DNA of 64,000 bases, taken from Euglena gracilis. Lineage: Eukaryota. Position numbers and translations under genes: made by a program. The stretch spans positions 9,054,634-9,118,633 of the forward strand of contig CP154954.1 of NCBI GenBank assembly GCA_039621445.1. Reading direction: 5' to 3'. Below the pieces are notes generated by a model. It did not search any database. It was given only the letters and a program-made list of their open reading frames with translations, and was not told the origin of the DNA. Below are positions 44,713 to 55,207 of the stretch, piece by piece; the first letter of the stretch is position 1; each line of letters starts with the position of its first letter.

Positions 44713-45151
44713 TGTACCAGGCAGCCGTAAGGCCATGGTATTGTGTATGTAGGTATAAGCCTACGGCGAGATATAGCTCTGAGCCCCATACACAGTACTA
44801 TGCTAGGTGGTATTCCTAATGATGGCCAACGGCCTGAATTAGGAATACCTCACCCTTATTCTGGTTCTCCTCTCCACAGGTGGTATTTGTATTCCTTTTT
44901 TCTTATTCACTTGAATTTCAAGTTTGATTTGTTTTCATTTGAAGTCCGAAACGGACAGCCAAGTCACCTGACATTTTCTTTGTGTAGCCCATAGGGCTCC
45001 TCCACCTGCCTTGTGCTCTGCATAAGCCCAAAGGCAAAAAACACTAATAGTTAAGTAAAAGACTTTCTTTTTTGTTACTCCCCTGGTTCTGTTCCCACGT
45101 GATGGTGTAAGTAGGCCGACAGGCTGTGGGAATAGAGTCAGGGGACGTACA
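44713..45151 (+). mobile_element. 3' LTR (TGTA...TACA) preceded by a polypurine tract
   Basis: GGGAGGGGGA at 44701-44710. Starts TGTACCAGGCAG and ends GGACGTACA. Homologous to the inverted LTR at 46850-47301. Confidence 0.72.
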
Positions 45152-45249
45152 CTCACCCCCCCCCCCAATTGAACCCCCCCCCTAATTGACCAAAAGGGGA
45201 GCCCCGTGGAGAGGTCCCACGGTCAATTAGGGGGGGGAGGTGGTACCGC

Positions 45250-47301
45250 CGTCCCGTGTGCAATTCATGTCCCTCACCAGTCGATGACCGACCCCCTTGA
45301 ATCTTCGGCTGCTGGACCCCCCCATTTGGAGGAGCCCAGATAACCGTGGTGAGAACAAGACCTTGCAAAGTGGAGGAAGAGTTCAACGTTGTCTTTCAAC
45401 TCACACATACGTGCGGAGGGCAAAACTTTCGTTTGCTTGGGCAAAAAAGTGGGCAGAGAATTCGCGGAATCACCGCTCAATTGGAAAGTGTGCTGTTGCG
45501 CTGCCTGAAATGCAGTTGCAAGTGTGGAGAATTATTCCAATGTGATAAATTGTCCCAAATCGGGATTTTTGATGGTGGGTTTATGCAACTTTTGCTTCAA
45601 CTGTGGAAAAATTGCCCTAGTTGGCTCCAATTGATGGGATAAGGCTTGCAAACTATGTTGTGTGTTGGACAAATTCGCATCATTGCGTGATTGTGTCTCA
45701 CACATGGCTTCACTCACCTTTTGGGAGTGTTGAGGCAAATGTTTCTGCAAATGTGTTGACAAATCTTGACGCAAAGTTGCGAGGTCCACATTGGTGGATT
45801 AAAAGTTCGTTTGGCAACATTCACCAACATCACGCACATAACTCCAAAGGTAATCCAGCTTGTTATCAACAACCTTTGGGTTGATTTCATTAAAATACAA
45901 AACCTTGTTAAGCGGCATAGCGCAATCGGCTACACAAGTATGGACAAGGGAGATTTACTTCATAAGCGGTTGGTCCATGGGAAGATTTGCGACTATGCGC
46001 TGAATCACGGTAACGAGGTGTGGGGAAATATTTTTCAACTCTTGCACATCACTGCTCATGGATGGTGCGGCAGTTGCATAAGCGGAAACCGTCAAGCACA
46101 TCTCCGGGTGCCATGGCAATGCAGGGAAGGAACCCGTATCGGGTGGTGCTGGTAATTGTCCTATCGGACTTGTCGGGGGAAGCATAGGGGGGTGTTGAAA
46201 GAAACATGGTGTTCCTATCCCACCCTCAACAAAACGTTTCCGTGGCGTATTCGCCGCAGAGCCAAATGTGCCTATCGGTACTAGTGCGAGATCTCGCCGG
46301 GGGGAATAGGTGTTTGCCGATCGGCTTTCCAACAGAAGAGGTTGTGCCTGTTGGGCCTTGGGTTGCTCTATAGAGCTTCACACCGATTGGTATGGAAGTG
46401 CCCATTGGGCGCGGGGAGGATTACTGGACACAGATACCGATGAGTGTGACGCACGCGGGGAAGGAGGATTACCTGTGAAATGATTCAATGCTTGATTACC
46501 CCTATGGGGTTGTGAATGCTCAATAGAGCTGGTCAATGATGCCGCAGGTTCATTGCAGCGTAGTCAATTGGCGTTTTGCTCTGCATTTTTTCAGGAAAAA
46601 CAGAAAAACCAAGTGTACATTCCGGTGTAAAATGCAGAAAATAAGTGCAAAAAGAAGGGATAGTATAAAAAGTATGCAGAGACCCGAACTCTGAGGTTGA
46701 AAGCAGCGTATACTGCGAACCGTCGGAGGACGTGTCCGTGCGTACGTCTTTGGCCTGAAACGGCTTGTAGTGCCTGTAGTCGCCTATAGGCGGGGTACCA
46801 CACGGCCGTTTGCGGTCAAAAGGATCGAAAAACCTAAACTGCTACCAAGTGTACGTCCAATACTTCCTTGCTTTCGCCCTTTGGTGCGAAAAGGTAAAAA
46901 GTTGGAGTAACAGAAAAAGAATTAAATAAATATAGCGTTGAAAAGTTGTAAAGCCCTTTTCCCCAATTAAGAGGCAGAGCACAAAGCAGTCGAGGGAGCC
47001 CTATGGGCCACACAAAGAAATGCCAAGTGACTAGGCTGTCCTTTCCAGACTTCAGAAGAACCAATCAAACTTGAAATCAAGTCTTGTAAAGAGTAAAACA
47101 AATACCAAAATAGAATACCACCTGTGGAGAGGAGAACCAGAATAAGGTTTTGCTCTGTAGAGCTGGGTATTCCTAATTCAGGCCGTTGGCCATCTTTAGG
47201 AATACCACCTAGCATAGTACTGTGTATCGGCCCACAGCTATATCTGGCCGTAGGCTTATACCTACATACACAGTACCATGGCCTTACGGCTGCCTGGTAC
47301 A
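45250..47301 (-). mobile_element. 5' portion of an LTR retrotransposon: LTR 47301-46850, PBS 46847-46839, decayed gag-like ORF
   Basis: Minus strand TGTACCAGGCAG...GGACGTACA-ct-TGGTAGCAG, complementary to the 3' end of initiator tRNA-Met. Broken coiled-coil ORFs at 45955-46332 and 45532-45789. Confidence 0.7.
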
Positions 47302-47799
47302 AAATTTTTTTTAGAAAAAAAACACAATACGTCGGGGTGAGGGGACAAACAAACGAAAGGCCAGAGGCTCGATCTGACGCTCGGTCTTCACCTTAGGTAA
47401 ACTTCGACTTCCTTTTTGTCGATTATCTTGTCTTGACCAACGACAATGACCTTGGCCGATGACAATGAATCAAACTCGCAAAAAAAAAAGCAAACTCCCA
47501 ACCAATAGATAAAAAGAACAATTGTAAGTGGGAAACCCACTGTGGGAAAGAAATCAAACGAACACCACTTGCCAACAATTGTGGAAAATCGTTCTTTTTT
47601 CAAACCGCCTTCCAATCCTTGGGGATATGCCAAATACACTTCTGCCACTCTCCCTCCCCCCTCCAAATGCATTCCTTCACTCTCCTACATTTGGGCATCA
47701 GAATTGGAAACCCAAATTACTGATACCCCACTGGTTAGGAAAGGATCCCATCCACACGCGCTTCACATCCCCTGGGGCTTTCTTCCGTCCCCACCTTCC

Positions 47800-48900
47800 T
47801 CGTGCTCCCTCGAGGAAAAAAGACAAGGGAGGAAGAGACAACCAGGGCGAAGCACAAAGGCATTGTGAGGCGATGCCTTGCTCGCCGGCGGTGTTGTGTG
47901 GACTGTTTGCTGCGTTGGGCTAGGAGTCCCTGCTTAGTGCCGCCTCGCCGGAGCTGGCTGATGATGTGGATCCGACGTGGTGACGTGACTTCTTGCCCCT
48001 GGGGGCGGGTTCCCCCCTCTGCCCCCCATTTTCTGACCGAGTGCTTTTGAAGACAAATAATTTCTTACAGGTGGGGGGGTTCGGGCTCACAAGATCTTTG
48101 TGCTTCGCCCTCGGTTTCCCTTCCTCCCTTGTCGGTTTTCCTCCAGGGAGTACGAGACGCCTCGGGCTCCGCACTTTGCCCTTGCGAGGCCTGATTGTGC
48201 ACTTAAATTAGGGCGGCCTGGGCATTCTCCAAGGCACCTTGGGCACCAGGTCGTTGATAGTGGGCTGTAAAAGCCTCCACCCCTCTCCACTGGCAAACTT
48301 CTTGTGCAGAAAGGCCCAATTTTTGAGTAAACCAACTCCTGCCCCTCTGGTGGAGTGGGCCCACCACAGCTGGGTGGGTACCCCATGTTGGATAAATAAA
48401 GTTTAGTTATTGAAGCAACCGTGTCAGCACTCACGGCTTTGAATGGGGGTTTTAGTGAAATCAGAAGGGGACCCCCAGGCTTTACGTTAAATCGGGTTGC
48501 AGCCACGCAAGCCATCATTAAATGAAAGGGACTTATCTGTGGGCACTTTGGAAGTGAAACAACCCTCTCTCATTTATGTAATTTCTGGCCTTTACGCTGA
48601 ATTTTGATGTAGGGCGCCCTGCCAAACACACTGGTTGTTCGTTTGATTGTCTCCAGATCAGAAGATCAATATAAACAGAGAATTCGGGAGCAAAAAACCA
48701 GCTGTGTGCGCAACGTGCATATATCAGAGGGGAAGGGGGCTTGGGCCATCCCCAGGAGGATGGGGAGGGGGTCCCAAAAAGCACCATGTTTTCATATTTT
48801 TCCAGGTTTTGATTCCAAAGCCTCTTGTATGGGGCCAACAGGTTGTGGAATCTCAAAACAGCAAACCATGGAATTAAAAGCATAGTTACGTGTCTGGGCC
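47800..48900 (-). pseudogene. Remnant of a DIRS1-type element: decayed tyrosine recombinase and ICR/ITR-like inverted repeat
   Basis: Frame-broken LRTQLVFCSRILCLY*SSDL..LLISLKPPFKAVSADTVASITK..AHSTRGAG. About 60-bp inverted repeat at 47802-47869 and 48097-48153. Confidence 0.7.
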
Positions 48901-50892
48901 TTGGAAAACTGAAATAACTGTACTAAAGCGTCAGCCACTTGGTGTCGACTGTCGGGGGCGTCCGACAGTCAAAAATGGTAAGGCGGAAGCTTTTGAAAAC
49001 ACGGAATTTTTCATTCTGCGCAGAACGCGCATTCAATAGGAAAAGCTCAATTTGGGGTTCAAATTTAACACAATTTGCTTCCGCAGACCTTTGTGCTTTT
49101 TTTTTGACATTGGCATCAATCAACAATCGAATTGGAGAATCGAAATCAAGAGAAGGTACATTGTTTGCAAGAATAGTCAATTTCAGGTCCCTCTTCCCAC
49201 TTTCACGGTGTGTGCGTGTTTCTGTTGCCTTTTAACACCATCCATTGCAACAAAACACCCACCCTGACCATTTCCAGTGTTTTTGCATAATTAAGAAAGG
49301 GTGGGTGAAATGGCTACGTGGGGACTGAAATTTGGGACTACATTTTTGAAGGAACGGAATTTTGACTTTGTGCAATTTTTCAGGAGAAAAGCAAATTCGA
49401 TCCTACGCACACCCCTCTGGTCGGGGGGTACACCAGTGGGCGAAACGGGGGGTGGCCTGAGCCCTCCACCACCGGAAAAAACACTGGCCCCGGGCCAGGG
49501 AACGGCAACCCCAAGGGTGGGTGTCGGGGACGAGGCAGCCGGCCGGGGGGCTGGGGGCTGGGGTCCGACACTCGCAGGGGGGGCGCCGGGTGTGAACATG
49601 GTTAGCAGAGGTGGCTTCACTGACCCTGTCAGTGAAGAGTTTTCAGAACCCCTGAACATGGTACGCAGAGGTTTCTTCACTGACTCTGTCAGTGAAGAAT
49701 TTTTGGATTCAAATGATGACAAACATGGTTGGCGGAGGTGGATTCACTGACTTCGGCAGTGAAAAGTTTTCGAACTCCTTGAACATGACAAGCAGAGAAT
49801 GTTTTGCCAGCCCTGTCGACAAAACTTTTTTCAGCCCAGAAAACACGGACGAATTTGCTGGCACAGCCAGCAGAAATATTGCTGAAAAGTTTGACATGGT
49901 CACAGAGTTTTCAGAGTCCAAAAAGTTTGCTGAGTCTGTGAACGTGGAATCACAGAATTTCTCAGGTCAGCCACCAGATTTTTCGGAGAGCAGCCCCCGA
50001 AATCAAAATGTCAGAACTGCAGAATCTGTGGAATCTGAGGGGTTGTTTCAATCAGTGGGTCGAAGTCAGCTGGGCGAATGGAATCATTCAGGTTTTTCTG
50101 CAGGGTCTGCCAATCAATTTTCAATCTCAAATCAATCAATTCTCAGCTCCCTGCCATTTACAATCACAGGTTTTACACAATCACAGGTTGCTTCAGGTGA
50201 TAATTTAGAGTTTTTTGTCTGAAAAATCAGGGGATAGCCCTGTAAACTGTTTCCCCGTAAGGATGATAACTGCACAGGGGGAAAATTCACAGCCAGAAGG
50301 GGAAAACCAGCTAGTTCAGTGGGCACAATCCCCCCCGTCGTATCAAAGTGACTGTGAAACGGAGGGGAGGGTGCGCAAAACCCAGATAGGTTTGGAGAAA
50401 TGGATGATTTTTTGATTGCTGCAGGTTGGGTACCACCCAGAAATAAGGTTTTGGAGCAAAATCTGCCAGATTTTTCTGCGAGTTTCAGTTTTATGGTGCA
50501 AACCCCCCAGCTGGAGGAAAGCATAATTCCCCCCCAGGTTGTGATTGAGAATCGGCTGGAAATTTTTGAGAAAAATTTGGCTGAAAAAAATGCTCGAGCA
50601 CAGAGAGGACTTTTGCATTTCATCCACGAAAATTTGGAGAAACATACTGCTGAAATGTGCAGCCAGTTTGAGCACGAAAAGCAAAAAAGTCAGGAGCAAA
50701 TTCAGCAATCAGTCAGCCAATTTATTTTACGATGCCAGGAAGGGGGGAGTGCTGTGGAAAACATTGCAAACTGCCACAAACAACTTTTGGGGATTGAAGT
50801 TCAAAGGCAGATCGAAGGGAAATTTCATGATTTTGAGAAAAAATTACGGGATTTTCTGGGTGGTGAGCTGGCACAACTTGAGAGCCATAGAA

Positions 50893-51400
50893 ACGATGTC
50901 CAAAACAAATTGTTTGCACCAGGTGGGTTGGTCGAGCAAGTTGGAATTTGTTTACATTCTGTCGAGGGAATAAAGTCAGATTTTCAGAAAGAAGTTTTGG
51001 CAATCCGACAAACAAATCGTGAGCTATGCTCTGGGGTGGACAGAAAATTTGCTGAAATCGCTGCTGGGCTGAAAATGGTGGGGGAGGAATCAAAATCAAG
51101 TTTTGGAACCTTAACCCAGGAAATTCAGCAGCGATTGGAAGCAACTAGAAACGAGAGCAAAGCTCTGGGGGGCAGGACCACAGCAATTGAGAAATTTCTG
51201 GGCAGCCAGCAGGTGGGTTGGGATAAGGTGGTTTAAATGCTGGGAAAATATGAAGCAACAATTCAACTGGAAGTTCGTAGGGAAACGGCAGCCCAGGTCA
51301 GAAAAAAATGGAAATTATGATGGTGAAAATGATGGATGAAAACCTGAGGCAAACCCAAAAGGAAGAACATTTTGAAAAATTGCAAACTGACATTGAAAAT
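50893..51400 (+). repeat. 508-bp direct duplication, left copy
   Basis: Matches 58447-58954 with one substitution noticed. Confidence 0.92.
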
Positions 51401-51876
51401 TGGACGTCTCAGAATATTCTTTTGTTTTTATTTAAATCCTCGGATTCCCAATTTTTCTTGATATCCCAATTGTCCCCAAAGACGTAACACAATCAATGCA
51501 ATGACATAACCAGAGCCAGCAGTCTGCACAGGAGGAAAGGTTCGAATTAGGAATACAAAGTTCGGTTCGGGCGGTTAGTAAATAGTCCGCACACGCCCCC
51601 CATGCCGGAGGACGCGGCGCCACAGGCACAGGACGAAACGGCATCACACCACAAACAAAACGGCTTTACTGTGTTCAAGCACTGATACATGGTGTTCAAC
51701 ACGAATTGTCCACAAAAAAGGTTCAGAACGACAAATGTCAACACAAAGGAAGGTAAAAGAGGTTACTTCCGACGTTCACCGTGGTCCCTTCACTTCGTGG
51801 TTGGCTTGCCATTCAAAAGTAACACAAACCTGGGCGAAACTCCTCGCATCAATGGCAGGTTTGTGACTGAAAGCCT

Positions 51877-52944
51877 TCAAAGGTTAGACAACAATCCACC
51901 CATGGCGAGGCGGGTTGGTGTCTCCTGACCCGAAAAACCATCCAAAAGGCCCCCTGGGGGGCTTGACTTTCCTCCCGCGTGACTGAAAGCACGATCAAAA
52001 CATTTGGGGGGAGGCCAGGCTGTCTCTTGCGATGCCAACCCCCATTCGCATTCTGAAACGTCGCAAAACATTCTGAGCGCCTGGCGTAGGATCGATTGTA
52101 AATTGTGATCCACACAATAATTCTTGAAAACCTCATTCATTCTGCCTCCTGGTTGCACAAAGGAAGCCACAGGCTCCCATGTACTGCTGCTTGCCGGAAA
52201 AGTCTCCCACCAAACCAAAAATTTCCATCCCCCTTGGTACTTGTGCTTCAAAATCTTGTAAACATTGTAAAAACCCAATTGTGCTTGTTCTTCTTCTGAC
52301 ATCTGAAGGGGGGGATCCCCTCCCTGGTCTGGCATGGGGGTGTCACCCTCCACTGGGTCTCCCACAACCACTTCACCGGTCAAAAGGTCTGGGTCTTCTT
52401 CCAAAAGGCTTTCTTCATGCAAAGCAACCTCCCACCTTTTGCACAAACCCAAAGAGACATCAATGACCCCTCCCAAAGATGGACTGCTTGCAATTTGCAC
52501 TGAATTGAACCTCGATTTGAGAACCCGAAAAGGTCCTTGCCAGGGGGGGGAAAGCTTGGGCCATGATTTGTTTGGCCATCTTTTGTTGTGCACCAAAACA
52601 TAGTCATCTTCTTCAATTTTTGCTGGTACCCTCCCTTTGTTGGCACTCTCAAAATCCTTTTTCCTCAATTCTTTCAATCTCTGGGAAGCTCTTTCTTGAA
52701 TTTCCATCTGGGTCAAAAGCCAAGAATGGGTTTCTGGATTTGTCACCGGTTCTGGGGGTAATTCCAACCTCCAAGCTGGTCTGCCCAAAAACATTTCATG
52801 GGGTGACAACATTGTTGTGGGGGAAATCTGCGAATTCATCAAAAATGTGCAATACGGGATCAGCTGCACCCAATTTTTGTCCTTGGAAGACAGACTCAAT
52901 GCTCGCATATTCTGCAAGAACATTTTATTGACATTTTCAACCAA
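51877..52944 (-). CDS. Integrase C-terminal half with GPF motif and chromodomain
   Basis: VENVNK supplies the DDE glutamate. SPHEMFLGR and KLSPPWQGPFRV motifs. Chromodomain FYNVYKILKHK..KFLVWWETFPASSSTWEP. Confidence 0.9.
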   Translation of the reverse strand: MVENVNKMFLQNMRALSLSSKDKNWVQLIPYCTFLMNSQISPTTMLSPHEMFLGRPAWRLELPPEPVTNPETHSWLLTQMEIQERASQRLKELRKKDFESANKGRVPAKIEEDDYVLVHNKRWPNKSWPKLSPPWQGPFRVLKSRFNSVQIASSPSLGGVIDVSLGLCKRWEVALHEESLLEEDPDLLTGEVVVGDPVEGDTPMPDQGGDPPLQMSEEEQAQLGFYNVYKILKHKYQGGWKFLVWWETFPASSSTWEPVASFVQPGGRMNEVFKNYCVDHNLQSILRQALRMFCDVSECEWGLASQETAWPPPKCFDRAFSHAGGKSSPPGGLLDGFSGQETPTRLAMGGLLSNL

Positions 52945-53966
52945 ACCGTTTGATCGGGGGTTCCGGGCAGAGAAAACGATAATTTCACGTCAAGAGCTTT
53001 CAGGGCTGTCTGGTAAAAACCACTGGGCTGTCTGAATCGCACGTCGTTGTCAGACCTCACAACAGACGGTTTTCCAAAAACAGAAATCCACCGGTCCAAA
53101 ATAAGCCTCAAAACACCTTCTCCGGTTACCGTTTTCTGTGTGGGGATGAATTGGCAAAAATGGGACAAATTGTCGACCAAAGTCAGAACCAAAAAGTCAT
53201 AGTCAAAACCATTGTAGGGGTCCATTTGCACAAAATCCGAACACAAAACTTCATTGCTCAGTGTTGGAATCGGTAAAGAACCCACCTTTCCACGGTCACT
53301 GGGGCGGTTTTGTTTTGAAAGGGTGCAAGTTTCACATGTCATCACAATGGCACTGCAAATTTCCAACATGTCTTTCTTGGAAACCTTGGACTGAAAATGG
53401 CTCAAAAAGAACAACAAAGTCCTTTCAGCACCAACATGGTTGCTTGCCTTGTGACATTCATCCAAACAAACTTTCAACAAATGAGATGGAACAACCAACT
53501 TTCCTTCACAATACATGGCCTTGGCAGATCTGAACCAAAACTCATTGTCAATGAAACAGGGTTTTGAAACCTCCACTTTTTTCCAAAAATCCTTCAGCTC
53601 TGAATTCAAATAACCTTTTTCTGACACTTGCACTCTGTGGGACAAACTGAAAATCTTCTGCAAAAACAGGTCAAGCTGCACATCCATTTTCTGAAAAGCG
53701 TTCCTTGCTTCTTCCTCAAAATGAATTTCAAATTTGTTCCCAAAATCAGCACGAGACAAAAAATCACACAATTCATTTTTGCAACATGCCACATGAACGA
53801 TATTCAGTTTGAACTGGTGCAAAAACACATACATCCTTCTCAGTCTTTTGTTGAGGGGGGGTTCACCCTTCAGAAAAGAGGTGGCTGCCTCATTGTCTGT
53901 CATCCACACAATTGGCAGATTTTGCAAAATCCTTGTTTGTGAAGCAATGGTCAGCACACCACTCAA
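52896..53966 (-). CDS. RNase H C-terminus plus integrase Zn-finger and core
   Basis: WMTDNEA and NELCDFLSR (RNase H); CHKASNHVG..CETC (HHCC); SDFVQM and RSDND (DDE aspartates). Confidence 0.88.
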   Translation of the reverse strand: MSGVLTIASQTRILQNLPIVWMTDNEAATSFLKGEPPLNKRLRRMYVFLHQFKLNIVHVACCKNELCDFLSRADFGNKFEIHFEEEARNAFQKMDVQLDLFLQKIFSLSHRVQVSEKGYLNSELKDFWKKVEVSKPCFIDNEFWFRSAKAMYCEGKLVVPSHLLKVCLDECHKASNHVGAERTLLFFLSHFQSKVSKKDMLEICSAIVMTCETCTLSKQNRPSDRGKVGSLPIPTLSNEVLCSDFVQMDPYNGFDYDFLVLTLVDNLSHFCQFIPTQKTVTGEGVLRLILDRWISVFGKPSVVRSDNDVRFRQPSGFYQTALKALDVKLSFSLPGTPDQTVWLKMSIKCSCRICEH

Positions 53967-55207
53967 AATTTCCTTTTGTATTTTTTTCTTGCCTCACTCC
54001 ATTTCCAGTTGTAGTGGCCCAAGGGCACCAACCTCATTTTACTGGGGTAGTTGTTTTTCAGGGTTCCATCCACCTTCACACCACTTGTTCGAAAATTCTC
54101 AGGAATTTGTGTTTGTTGGAGGGTTTGCCACTGAAACAATGCTGAACCACCTCCCAAATCCGAACTGTCAGTCACCAAAACAATCTCTCCTGAACTCCTG
54201 GGGGTACCCAAAACATCAAGAGAAGACCACTTCCTTTTCAATGCATTCAAACAACTCTCCTCCTTTTCAGTCCACCTCCATTTCACATTCTTTTTCAGAA
54301 GATCTGTGAGCGGGGCTGAGTCAAAAGTAAAACCTTTCACGTGTCTGCGGTAGAAATTCATGGCTCCCAAAATTCGCCTCAAATCCCTTTGATTCTGAAC
54401 TCGAAAACTCAGAATTGGTTCAATGTTTCTTTTGTTTGCCTGCCACATTCCCCATCCCAACGAGAAACCCAAATAGTCAATGGACTGATTCAGAAAGGAA
54501 CATTTGCTCAATTTGATTCTCACTTGGTTCTTTCTGCAAACTTCAAACCACTTTTCCAAAAGATACAAATGATCCTCCTCAGAGTTTGCACCAACCCCTG
54601 TGTCATCGAAAAAAGAAGCCAGGTGTCCATCCTTCAAAATCTCTCTCACCCTCAAATCCGTTTTGCATTGGGAGGTTAGAATTTCCATCAGCTCCTGAAA
54701 AATACCCGGTGCATTACTTAGGCCAAACATCATCCTTTTGGGACGAAAACACCTCCCAGATGGAATGCAAAATGCAGACAAATTTGCTGCTCTTTTTGTG
54801 ATTGGGATTTGCCAATACCCACTCCTCGTGTCCAGGGTACTTTTCCACCGACATTTGGCCAAACTTTTAATCAAAACCTCCATGCTTGGCAAATAACCTG
54901 CATGTGCCTTGCTTCTGGCATTCAATTTTCCATAATGGATGACCATCCTTCTGGTACTTGACCCTTTTTTGTCCACCAAAAATGTGGGGCTGCACACCTG
55001 GGGGATTTCACCAACTGGGAATTGCTCAATCAACCCTGACTTTAGCAATTCTTCACACTGAAGGTCAATTTCTTTTTCATCCTCCTGGGGCATGGGCCAA
55101 CACTTTTGCCTTAGGGGTTTACCTTGCCATTCAGGCTTCAGCTCAATGTCCATCAAAACAGGCAGGGGGGGAAGGCTCAGAAATTGTGGGCAATGGTCCA
55201 AAAACAT
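53963..55207 (-). CDS. Reverse transcriptase plus RNase H N-terminus
   Basis: SPTFLVDKK, RMVIHYGKLN, LDTRSGYWQI, MFGLSNAPGIFQ, FFDD, YLGF and LVTDSSDLGGG. Confidence 0.92.
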   Translation of the reverse strand: MFLDHCPQFLSLPPLPVLMDIELKPEWQGKPLRQKCWPMPQEDEKEIDLQCEELLKSGLIEQFPVGEIPQVCSPTFLVDKKGSSTRRMVIHYGKLNARSKAHAGYLPSMEVLIKSLAKCRWKSTLDTRSGYWQIPITKRAANLSAFCIPSGRCFRPKRMMFGLSNAPGIFQELMEILTSQCKTDLRVREILKDGHLASFFDDTGVGANSEEDHLYLLEKWFEVCRKNQVRIKLSKCSFLNQSIDYLGFSLGWGMWQANKRNIEPILSFRVQNQRDLRRILGAMNFYRRHVKGFTFDSAPLTDLLKKNVKWRWTEKEESCLNALKRKWSSLDVLGTPRSSGEIVLVTDSSDLGGGSALFQWQTLQQTQIPENFRTSGVKVDGTLKNNYPSKMRLVPLGHYNWKWSEARKKYKRKF

